This document shows positions 1 through 8,231 of a DNA stretch of 64,000 nucleotides, in pieces. Under the pieces are notes generated by a model. It made no database searches, was not told the origin of the DNA, and was given only the letters and a program-made list of their open reading frames with translations. Positions within the stretch are counted from its first letter, which is position 1; the number at the start of each line of letters is the position of its first letter. Source of the stretch: a virus; the IMG/VR virus record IMGVR_UViG_3300033693_000005, positions 2,055 to 66,054 of that record; one strand, given 5' to 3'. Made by a program: the position numbers and the translations under genes.

Positions 1-231
1 GGTTTAGATTATGGTGCTGTAGATGTTATTGTAAAAGGAGATAGTGTATTTGTGTTAGAGGTAAATACTGCTCCTAGACTAGAAGAATATGGTATTAGTC
101 GATATGCTGAATATTTTAAATGGTTGTTGCTTAATCCAGAGAGACAAGAGTTTATGACTAATCCCAGAAGGTATAGTTTTACACATGAGGATTTTGAAAG
201 AGATTATGAGAGATTTCAGAGAGGGGAATAA
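1..231 (+). CDS. ATP-grasp (RimK-like) ligase, C-terminal part (5' truncated by window)
   Basis: Frame 1 reads GLDYGAVDVIVKGDSVFVLEVNTAPRLEEY...RGE*; the GAVD...LEVNTAP motif is typical of ATP-grasp C-termini. Not in the ORF track. Confidence 0.75.
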   Translation, partial: GLDYGAVDVIVKGDSVFVLEVNTAPRLEEYGISRYAEYFKWLLLNPERQEFMTNPRRYSFTHEDFERDYERFQRGE

Positions 232-235
232 TTAA

Positions 236-1255
236 ATGATTAAACAAAATTTAGAGGTACCAACAGGCAATATTTGTACAATTGACGGAGAGAAAGGTAA
301 AGAATTAGAATTTTTATCTATAGGAGATTATGGAAAAAATCAGAATATAAAAGCTGATTTTCTGGGATTTACAGATGAAATAGAAGGAGTACCTAATGGG
401 GAAATAATGCCACTATCTAAGAAATGGGTCATTACTTTATCTACACAATATGGTTGTTCCATGGATTGTAAGTTCTGTGATGTACCAAAAGTAGGTAAGG
501 GTATTAATGCTACATACCATGATATGTTAAGTCAAATAAAAGAAGGTTTGAAGTTGCATCCCGAAGTAAAAGGATCAGAAAGGTTAAATATTCATTTTGC
601 TAGAATGGGAGAGCCTACCTTTAATGGTAATGTTCTAGATGTAGCAAGCTGTCTGAGAAGAAATATTTATGATTTCTGGGATAATACAGATAGAGTGCAT
701 CCAGTTGTTACTACTATGATGCCTAAGAATAATAAATATTTAAAGAAGTTTCTAAGTATATGGACACAGGATATAAAAAATAAATTGTATGAGGGACATG
801 CAGGGCTTCAAATTAGTATTAATTCTACTAATGAAAGACAGAGAGAAGATATGTTTAGTGGAAATGCTTTAACTTTAGAAGAAATTTCAAAGATTGCAAC
901 AAACTTACCAGAACCTAAAGGCAGGAGATACACACTTAATTTTGCTCTAGCTGATAATTATGAGGTTGATGCTGATAAGCTTGTTAAGCTATTTAATCCT
1001 GATAAGTTTATTGTTAAAATTACTCCTTTACATATTACTCATAGTAGTGAGGAGAATAATATTAAAACCACAGAGGGGTATGAATCTTATACACCTTATA
1101 AAAAAGTTGAAGAAAACCTAAAAGAGGTTGGATTTGATGTTATAGTTTTTGTGCCTAGTTATGATGAAGATCAGGGTAGAATAACTTGTGGAAATGCTAT
1201 TTTATCAGGAAGTAAGCCAGAATGTGATTATAAAGTTTTAGAAGGTGATGAATAA
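236..1255 (+). CDS. RlmN/Cfr-like radical SAM enzyme
   Basis: LSTQYGCSMDCKFC (CxxxCxxC), RMGEP, ISINS and a C-terminal TCGNA match RlmN/Cfr-family motifs. Confidence 0.75.
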   Translation: MIKQNLEVPTGNICTIDGEKGKELEFLSIGDYGKNQNIKADFLGFTDEIEGVPNGEIMPLSKKWVITLSTQYGCSMDCKFCDVPKVGKGINATYHDMLSQIKEGLKLHPEVKGSERLNIHFARMGEPTFNGNVLDVASCLRRNIYDFWDNTDRVHPVVTTMMPKNNKYLKKFLSIWTQDIKNKLYEGHAGLQISINSTNERQREDMFSGNALTLEEISKIATNLPEPKGRRYTLNFALADNYEVDADKLVKLFNPDKFIVKITPLHITHSSEENNIKTTEGYESYTPYKKVEENLKEVGFDVIVFVPSYDEDQGRITCGNAILSGSKPECDYKVLEGDE

Positions 1256-1456
1256 ATGGAAGTATTTGAAGGAATAGGTAATGCACTATGGATATTAGCT
1301 GGAATTATTATGACTTTGATTGCTATAGACTTCTTTTTTAATATTGGTGTTGTGATAATTAATAGTGATAAATGGTATGTGATTTACCTTATTAAAACTT
1401 ATTTTATTTTAGGTGCTGTTATAGTTGATTTAAGTATTTATAAAGAATTTTTCTAA
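1256..1456 (+). CDS. small membrane protein
   Basis: two hydrophobic segments, RBS upstream. Confidence 0.6.
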   Translation: MEVFEGIGNALWILAGIIMTLIAIDFFFNIGVVIINSDKWYVIYLIKTYFILGAVIVDLSIYKEFF

Positions 1457-1462
1457 AAACCC

Positions 1463-1491
1463 TTGAAATTTTATGATTTTATGTGTATAAT
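1463..1491 (+). promoter_or_regulatory. sigma-A-type promoter (class I motif)
   Basis: TTGAAA-17 nt-TATAAT with TGTG extended -10. Confidence 0.75.
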
Positions 1492-1606
1492 AAAGTGAGA
1501 GGAGGAAATAAGTGATGAATAAATTTAAAGAAATGAATTACTTAGTAGATAAATTACAAGATAAAAAACAGAAAGAGTTAAAAAGAATAACTAGTGAGGT
1601 GGTAAA

Positions 1607-1813
1607 ATGGAAATCTTAGACATAGAAAAAGTAATAGTTGTTAAGTATCGTTGTGATGTCTGTAATAGTGAGGATTTTGTAATTATGGATACCTTTGATT
1701 ATTATGCTGGGGACATACAACACCTTAAATGTGATATCTGCTTATCAGGATATAAATTAAAGGAAAAAGAGTTAAAGAAAGTTGCAGATAAGCTCGAGGA
1801 GATGATGGAATGA
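1607..1813 (+). CDS. small zinc-ribbon protein
   Basis: CDVC...CDIC. Confidence 0.6.
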   Translation: MEILDIEKVIVVKYRCDVCNSEDFVIMDTFDYYAGDIQHLKCDICLSGYKLKEKELKKVADKLEEMME

Positions 1814-2070
1814 GACATATACTTAAATTCTTAATAGGATTATTAGTGAGTGGTTTAATTGTGGGTATTTTAATTTCTCCAGTGTATCTATTAGATCAAA
1901 AAATAGGTCTTGTGGAAGAGGATATTCATATAACCTGGCAAATTGGTGCTTATATTGCTCTTACTATTGTATTTGTTATATTTTTATTTGCAGCTTTAAG
2001 TTTTATTTTCTATATATACATGTTTGGAGAAACAATTTATGAAGGTGTTAAGAAAGGAATGAGAAAATGA
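1810..2070 (+). CDS. membrane protein
   Basis: two TM segments; ATGA overlap with the upstream gene. Confidence 0.6.
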   Translation: MRHILKFLIGLLVSGLIVGILISPVYLLDQKIGLVEEDIHITWQIGAYIALTIVFVIFLFAALSFIFYIYMFGETIYEGVKKGMRK

Positions 2071-2243
2071 ATAAAAATCAAATAGCTTTTAGTGCTCTTA
2101 TACATGTAGTTATGTTAGCTTTATTTGCCTCAATTATAGGAGAACAAGGAGCAGGAGAAGTGTTTACATATTTTGATGTGATGAAAGCTTATGTTTTGGT
2201 TATGGTTTTTTACTGGTTTGGGTATGCTACAATTAAACTTTAA
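2067..2243 (+). CDS. small membrane protein (58 aa)
   Basis: read by hand: MNKNQIAFSALIHVVMLALF...TIKL*; ATGA coupling. Confidence 0.55.
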   Translation: MNKNQIAFSALIHVVMLALFASIIGEQGAGEVFTYFDVMKAYVLVMVFYWFGYATIKL

Positions 2244-2257
2244 GGAGGTGAATAATT

Positions 2258-2701
2258 TTGATTGATTTAAGTAAACTTAGAGTTGCTATAAATTCAGATA
2301 TAATTTTGAAAGTTAGAGATGATTTAGAAGTTGAAAAATATTATGGGGATGTTCAATTAGTAAAAGAAGATAAAGATTTAATAGGTAAAGAAGTTGTTTT
2401 TGAGAAAACTGATTTAGGCTATATTTTTATTAAGAATAGCTCACGAGTATTCTCACCTAAAATGTTTGAGTCTACAATTAAAATTAGAATAAACAATACA
2501 GAAATTAAATTAGATGTTGATAGAGATAAAAACTCCTTGAGAAAAGGAGACACCTTTATTGATAAATATGATAGAAATGAATGGAGAGTATTAATGGCAG
2601 GCAAAGATAAGTTACATAATCAAGTTGAGTATTACTGTGAAAGGGTTGAAGATGGGCTGACTGAATTATGGAATCCAGAAGAGATAGAAAAAATAATTTA
2701 A
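2258..2701 (+). CDS. hypothetical protein
   Basis: ORF with AGGAGGT RBS. Confidence 0.6.
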   Translation: MIDLSKLRVAINSDIILKVRDDLEVEKYYGDVQLVKEDKDLIGKEVVFEKTDLGYIFIKNSSRVFSPKMFESTIKIRINNTEIKLDVDRDKNSLRKGDTFIDKYDRNEWRVLMAGKDKLHNQVEYYCERVEDGLTELWNPEEIEKII

Positions 2702-2719
2702 ATAATTTTAAAAATAACC

Positions 2720-2748
2720 TTGAAAAATTGAGAGTTTTCGTGTATAAT
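2720..2748 (+). promoter_or_regulatory. sigma-A-type promoter (class I motif)
   Basis: TTGAAA-17 nt-TATAAT with TG extension; same context as 1463 and 59142. Confidence 0.75.
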
Positions 2749-2766
2749 ATAGTAGAGACACATAAA

Positions 2767-2800
2767 AATGAGCACTGTAAAAAGTGCTTATTTTATTTCT
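2767..2800 (+). terminator. terminator-like hairpin just downstream of the promoter
   Basis: AATGAGCACT/AGTGCTTATT 10-bp stem (one G-U) followed by a U-rich tract. Confidence 0.45.
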
Positions 2801-2975
2801 AAGGCTTGTGAAACTTCTCACAACTGCTTGTCAGAAGGCTGAGAATCAATTCTAAGGAGGGGATAGGAATAAAGGTATAAATACATAGCAAAGTTATTTA
2901 AGTCCACATATGGGTCGATTAGGCAGGTTAGAATGGAATCTAAGGGATATAAAACACTAATAGGAGGTAAACATT

Positions 2976-3872
2976 TTGAGTAATAGTCAATTTATGAATA
3001 ACGCATTTGTTTTAGGTGAAGTTAGGGATTTGGATCTTGGTGAATTAGGTGACAGAAAGAATGCTAAGTGCAGAGTTAATGTTTATGCAGGTGATATGGG
3101 GTTTGTTAATGTGCAATTAAATACTTCAAGAAATGCTGATGAAAATTGGGCTGCTAAGTTACATGACACACTTAATAAACAAGATATTGTACAAGTGTCT
3201 GGTAGTTTAGAAGAGTTCTTTTATAATGATACATATAGAAGAAATATTAGTCCATATGTCAGCAATAAAAATGGTTGGGGAAACAGTATTAAAGTCTTAG
3301 CTGATGATGATAAAGAGTTTAAAGCTAATTCTAGACTCGCTGGGGATGTTATTGAGAAAGAAGAATTTGTTGATGACGATGGTACTGAGGGTATTAAGTT
3401 TACTATTCTTCACTATAATCTCTATAATAGAGACACTGGTAATGAAGATTTGAGTAGAAAACAAGTTCTGATGGATGCTATTAATAACTTTGGTGATTAT
3501 GCTAAAGAAAATGGTAGGGATGTTGACTTTGCTAAGTTAAAGAACTTGAAAGAAGATTTAGATTTAGTTGAGGAAGAAGATATTCCAGGTATTGTGAATA
3601 TTTATAGAGAGTTTGTTGATGTTTTTAATCCTCTGTTGTTCTCTATTAATGAGTACCACGTAACTGCTTATGGTAAAGTTGCTGAAGAGATGAGAGAGGT
3701 TAATGTTAATGATAATATCTCAACTGGAGTTTATTTAATTAATAAAGTTAAGGTAGATGAGTTTGGATATAGCAATGGGTCGACTAATGAGTTGAAGGTC
3801 ATTGTATTCAAGGGGGTTAATGAATCGTTTGGAGAAGCTGCAACTGAAGTCGATACAGAAGTAGACTGGTAA
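2976..3872 (+). CDS. ssb: single-stranded DNA-binding protein (OB-fold)
   Basis: OB-like N-terminus, acidic tail ending EVDTEVDW, located at the start of the replication module. Confidence 0.6.
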   Translation: MSNSQFMNNAFVLGEVRDLDLGELGDRKNAKCRVNVYAGDMGFVNVQLNTSRNADENWAAKLHDTLNKQDIVQVSGSLEEFFYNDTYRRNISPYVSNKNGWGNSIKVLADDDKEFKANSRLAGDVIEKEEFVDDDGTEGIKFTILHYNLYNRDTGNEDLSRKQVLMDAINNFGDYAKENGRDVDFAKLKNLKEDLDLVEEEDIPGIVNIYREFVDVFNPLLFSINEYHVTAYGKVAEEMREVNVNDNISTGVYLINKVKVDEFGYSNGSTNELKVIVFKGVNESFGEAATEVDTEVDW

Positions 3873-3876
3873 GAAA

Positions 3877-3900
3877 AAGAGGAGATTTATTTCTCCTCTT
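3877..3900 (+). terminator. hairpin after ssb
   Basis: AAGAGGAGA-tttatt-TCTCCTCTT perfect 9-bp stem. Confidence 0.55.
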
Positions 3901-3914
3901 GAAAGGAGGTTAAT

Positions 3915-4529
3915 ATTTCTAAGAACTCGGAAAGAACAAGATTTGACCCGAATGAGATTATAAAATATGAAAATTATGCAGAAGTAGTTCTTTATAATGA
4001 GGATTGTGAAGAGGTAGCTAGAACTAAAATTGATTTAGAAGATATAGAAAAAATTAAAGAGTTTAAATGGTACAGAGATGATAAAGGTTACACTTACAAT
4101 GGCACTAAAAATAGGAAAATGCATAGATTAATCTTAGACTTAGTTAAATATAGAGACTCAAAAATAAAAGTAGACCATATAAATGAGGATCCTTTAGATA
4201 ATAGAAAAGAAAATTTAAGAAAATGTACGCACGCTGATAACCTAAAGAATAGAACTTTTGAAGAAGGATCAGAAAGATTTAATGGAATATCTTTAAATAA
4301 AAAATCAAAAACATGGGAAACTTATATAGGTGTTGATAATGAAAGAATAAGATTAGGTTATTATAAGGATAAAATTGAAGCAATGGCAGCAAGGTTAGAA
4401 GCAGAGATTAAATATTATGGTGAATATGCAGGAAATAATTATGCCTACGTAAGAAAATTATTAGAAGAGAATACTTATGATGATGAAATAGTTAAAAGAA
4501 TTGAAGATTGTTTAGAAGAATTAGATTAA
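3915..4529 (+). CDS. HNH homing endonuclease with AP2 domain
   Basis: VDHINEDPLDNRKENLR (HNH) plus an AP2-like WETYIGVD..RLGYY region. The frame is open upstream of the track start (IDLEDIEKIKEFKWY) to an ATT at 3915 behind an AGGAGG RBS. Confidence 0.8.
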   Translation: MSKNSERTRFDPNEIIKYENYAEVVLYNEDCEEVARTKIDLEDIEKIKEFKWYRDDKGYTYNGTKNRKMHRLILDLVKYRDSKIKVDHINEDPLDNRKENLRKCTHADNLKNRTFEEGSERFNGISLNKKSKTWETYIGVDNERIRLGYYKDKIEAMAARLEAEIKYYGEYAGNNYAYVRKLLEENTYDDEIVKRIEDCLEELD

Positions 4530-4547
4530 AATTGGAGGAGATAATTA

Positions 4548-5525
4548 GTGAGTTTATTACCAGAGAAAAAGACAATACCTAAGCAAAAGTTTAATGAGGT
4601 TTTTAAGCTATATTATGGAGCACCTAATTCAGGGAAGAGTTCTACAGCTGGACAGAACCCTAATGCTCTATTCGCTATGTTTGAAGATGGTTTAGCAGGG
4701 ATGTCAGCATATGGTGTAAATATTCCTCAGAAGGCTAGAAAGTTAGGTAAATCAGAGTGGCAAGTATTTCTTGATTTAGTTGAAGAATTTTTAAATGAAG
4801 AACATAATTTTAATGAGTTAGTAATTGATACAGCAGACAGGGGTATCGAAGCTTGTACTGACTACACTAAAGAGATGGAAGGTATCAGTGACCTATCAGA
4901 TCAAGAATGGGGTAAGGGTTGGAGGAACCTCTTCGATAATTTTAAAAAACCTATTGAAGACTTACAAATGAGTGAATTTGGCTGTACTGTCCTAAGTCAT
5001 TCGGAGATGAAAGATATTACTGATGCTAAGGGAAGAACAAGAACAAAAATTGTACCTTCATTGACAGGTAAATCAGGTTCATACTTAGTGGATCAAGCAG
5101 ATATTGTTGTGTTATTTGATAAAGATGAGGATAATAATAGACTATTAAGAGTAGAGTCTACTAAGAATTTTGATGCTAAACAGAGGATTCAATTCCCAGA
5201 TGGAAATATCCCAGCAGGGAACTCACCTGAAGAAGCTTATAAAAACTTAAGAAATGCTTTTAAAAAAGCAGTAAAAATTAATAATAAGAAGTTTGGTATC
5301 ACTAAGAAACAAATTGAAGAGTACTATGAAGAGAAAGAAAAAGAACGTAATCAGAAAACTTTCAAACAGTTAATAAACGACATAGCAGCTAAATGCCAAA
5401 AACTAGGACTATCAAAGAAAGATAACGCTAAAGAAATGAAAGAAAAGTATGGAACTCCATCACTTGGTAAACTTACATATGAACAAGCACAGGATAGAGT
5501 AGAAGAGTTAAAGGGTAGACTTTAA
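4548..5525 (+). CDS. Sak4-like AAA ATPase / ssDNA-annealing protein
   Basis: Walker A YGAPNSGKSS, Walker B LVIDT, next to SSB. Confidence 0.7.
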   Translation: MSLLPEKKTIPKQKFNEVFKLYYGAPNSGKSSTAGQNPNALFAMFEDGLAGMSAYGVNIPQKARKLGKSEWQVFLDLVEEFLNEEHNFNELVIDTADRGIEACTDYTKEMEGISDLSDQEWGKGWRNLFDNFKKPIEDLQMSEFGCTVLSHSEMKDITDAKGRTRTKIVPSLTGKSGSYLVDQADIVVLFDKDEDNNRLLRVESTKNFDAKQRIQFPDGNIPAGNSPEEAYKNLRNAFKKAVKINNKKFGITKKQIEEYYEEKEKERNQKTFKQLINDIAAKCQKLGLSKKDNAKEMKEKYGTPSLGKLTYEQAQDRVEELKGRL

Positions 5526-5537
5526 AGGGGTGATTAT

Positions 5538-6422
5538 TTGAAAATAGAGTTATCAGACTTAGCAAATGTAAAAGGTATAGGTAAGAAAACTATTGAAAGA
5601 ATTAAAAAACAAATAAATTATAAACAAGAATTAAAAGAAGAGAGAAATGTTGATTTGCAAGTAAATGAATTAGAAACTAATGTTATTCACAATATGGATA
5701 ATATAAAAGGTATGCGACAATTAATACCAGATAATAGTATAGATTTGACAGTTACCTCACCTCCTTATGATAATTTAAGAGATTATGAACAATATGATTT
5801 TAACTTTAAGGATTTAGCAAAGGAATTATATAGAGTTACAAAAGATGGAGGAATTGTAGTATGGGTTGTTAATGATGCTACCATTAATGGAAGTGAAACA
5901 GGAACAAGTTTTAAACAAGCATTGTACTTTAAAAAAATAGGTTTTAATATTCATGACACTATGCTCTATAGGAAGAACTCACCAGCATTTCCTGCTAAGA
6001 AAGAAGGTAATAGATATACACAAATATTTGAGTATATGTTTATTTTTTCTAAAGGAAAACCTAGAAAAGCTAATTTAATTCGTGATAAAAAGAATAAATG
6101 GGAGGGTCACAAGGATTTCTCAGGAAAATTAAAAAATCCAGTACCAAAATATTCACCTAGGAATAATATCTGGGAGTACGTGACTTCTTTTAATGATAGA
6201 ACTGAGCATCCTGCTCCTTTCCCAGAAAAATTAGCAGAAGACCACATTAAAAGCTGGTCTAACGAGGAAGATATTGTTTTAGACCCATTTATGGGGAGTG
6301 GAACAACTGCTAAAATGGCTAAAAAATTAAATAGAAAATATGTTGGATTTGAAATAAGTGAAAAATATTGTGAGATTATTAAAGAAAGACTAGTAAGTCT
6401 TGATAAAACACAGGAAGGATAA
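5538..6422 (+). CDS. beta-class amino-DNA methyltransferase (probably N4-C) with N-terminal HhH motif
   Basis: TSPPY catalytic motif, DPFMGSGTT SAM motif, N-terminal LANVKGIGKKTI. Confidence 0.85.
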   Translation: MKIELSDLANVKGIGKKTIERIKKQINYKQELKEERNVDLQVNELETNVIHNMDNIKGMRQLIPDNSIDLTVTSPPYDNLRDYEQYDFNFKDLAKELYRVTKDGGIVVWVVNDATINGSETGTSFKQALYFKKIGFNIHDTMLYRKNSPAFPAKKEGNRYTQIFEYMFIFSKGKPRKANLIRDKKNKWEGHKDFSGKLKNPVPKYSPRNNIWEYVTSFNDRTEHPAPFPEKLAEDHIKSWSNEEDIVLDPFMGSGTTAKMAKKLNRKYVGFEISEKYCEIIKERLVSLDKTQEG

Positions 6423-6442
6423 ACTAAAGGGAGGTACTGCTG

Positions 6443-6826
6443 ATGAGACATGAATATCCATACTTTGTAAAGAATATACCTGAATTATTACAGTGGTTTG
6501 ACAGAGAGTTAAAAGACAAAAAAGGAAAAAGAGTGCCTCCCAAGAAGTTTCCATATCTGGGGGGAAGAATTTCCAGGTTTATGAAAAAAGAAAACCTCAC
6601 AATAGATGAGTTTAAAACTATACTTTGGGGTGTTATGAATGAGCACCCTAAAGCTTATAGTCCAGTATATGCGACATACTTTGTAGAGAAGCTAAAAGAA
6701 TATCAGGAATTGAAAAAAGATATGGAAGAGAAGAGAGACAAGCCGACACAGAAAGTAGAATTTGACAAAGAATTTATAGAGGAAACTAAAGAAGAGGCAG
6801 GAGATGATTTTTTTGAGAGTTTCTAA
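6443..6826 (+). CDS. hypothetical protein
   Basis: ORF with strong RBS in the replication module. Confidence 0.6.
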   Translation: MRHEYPYFVKNIPELLQWFDRELKDKKGKRVPPKKFPYLGGRISRFMKKENLTIDEFKTILWGVMNEHPKAYSPVYATYFVEKLKEYQELKKDMEEKRDKPTQKVEFDKEFIEETKEEAGDDFFESF

Positions 6827-7361
6827 GTTACCATCAGACCATATAAGAGAGGAATATTCAGCTGAAGAAGAATTGTTTAATTTAGCTTTATTTAAAGACA
6901 TTACATATAAGATTGAGAAAGAATATCCATTAGATAAACATATGAATTTAAGTTATAAAGAGTTTGTAGACGAGGTATTATGTAATTATGATTTAATTGA
7001 TACTGTTTTAGGTGTATCAAAAGTGGTTTCTAATTTGATTAAAGCGTTGATTGCATTTAATTTCAGATACTTAAAGAGTAATTATTATTTTGACTTAGAG
7101 AATGCAGATATTTGGAGAAATTTATATTTAGTTTATAAAGATAAAAACAGTGATTATCTAGATAGTGCAGAAAAGCAGATGAAGATGAGAGGTATTGAGA
7201 GTTTCAGGACTCGATTAGAAGATAAGATTTCTAGGTTATACGCTTTCTCTGTACAGGATATGAGTGTTGATGAAAAACAAACAGATACTATAGAAGATTT
7301 AATAGGTTATTGTATGATATTTTTAATCTGGTATGAAAAAGATATGCCTAGATATGAATAG
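6804..7361 (+). CDS. DUF1599 / nucleotide-modification-associated domain protein
   Basis: KNSDY..S...RLEDKISRL...DTIEDLIGY pattern. Confidence 0.65.
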   Translation: MIFLRVSKLPSDHIREEYSAEEELFNLALFKDITYKIEKEYPLDKHMNLSYKEFVDEVLCNYDLIDTVLGVSKVVSNLIKALIAFNFRYLKSNYYFDLENADIWRNLYLVYKDKNSDYLDSAEKQMKMRGIESFRTRLEDKISRLYAFSVQDMSVDEKQTDTIEDLIGYCMIFLIWYEKDMPRYE

Positions 7362-7373
7362 GAGGAGATTAAT

Positions 7374-8219
7374 ATTAAGATAGAATTATCAGAACTAGCG
7401 AACGTTAAAGGTATAGGGAAAAAGACTATTAGTAGAGTTAGGGAGCATGTTTTAAAGGAAGACGGTTATGTTAGTGATTATGATTCAAGCTTACATCTTG
7501 ATATTAATTCAATTAATAAAGGTGATTGCCTAGAATTAATGAATGGCATTAAGGATAAGTCAGTTGATATGATATTAGCTGATTTGCCTTATGGCACAAC
7601 TGCTTGTAGTTGGGATAGTATTATAGATTTAGACAAGCTGTGGCTTCAATATGAGAGGATTATTAAAGATAAAGGGGCAATAGTGCTAACTGCGAGTCAA
7701 CCTTTTACAACTAAATTGATTAATAGCAATATATCGTTATTCAAATATTGTTGGTATTGGAATAAAAAAATTCCATCTGGGATGAACTATTGTAAAAGCC
7801 AACCAATGCGACAAATTGAAGAAGTTGTGGTTTTTGGTAAAAATAAAACTAAATATAATGCACAAATGATAAAAAGAGATAAACCTATAAAAGGTGGTGG
7901 AATGAGCAATAGTGGTTCTGCTGCAACAAAAGGCTATAAAGCATTAAAAAAGAATTATGATTATAAATATCCTATAAATTTAATTAAATACCAAAAAATA
8001 AGACAAAAAAGTAATCACCCAACAGAAAAACCAGTAAAACTATTTGAATATCTAATCAAAACTTACACTAATGAAGGTGATTTAATATTGGACAATGTAG
8101 CAGGTAGTGGTACAACTGGTGTTGCTGCTAAGAATACTAATAGAAACTTTATATTAATGGAACAAGAAGAAGAATACATAGAAATTATAAAAGAGAGATT
8201 AGCAAGTCTTGATGAATAG
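7374..8219 (+). CDS. beta-class DNA methyltransferase (N6A/N4C) with N-terminal HhH motif
   Basis: DLPY and DNVAGSGTT motifs. The frame extends 55 codons upstream of the track start to an ATT (IKIELSELANVKGIGKKTI), homologous to the start of 5538. Confidence 0.85.
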   Translation: MKIELSELANVKGIGKKTISRVREHVLKEDGYVSDYDSSLHLDINSINKGDCLELMNGIKDKSVDMILADLPYGTTACSWDSIIDLDKLWLQYERIIKDKGAIVLTASQPFTTKLINSNISLFKYCWYWNKKIPSGMNYCKSQPMRQIEEVVVFGKNKTKYNAQMIKRDKPIKGGGMSNSGSAATKGYKALKKNYDYKYPINLIKYQKIRQKSNHPTEKPVKLFEYLIKTYTNEGDLILDNVAGSGTTGVAAKNTNRNFILMEQEEEYIEIIKERLASLDE

Positions 8220-8231
8220 GATGGTGAAACT

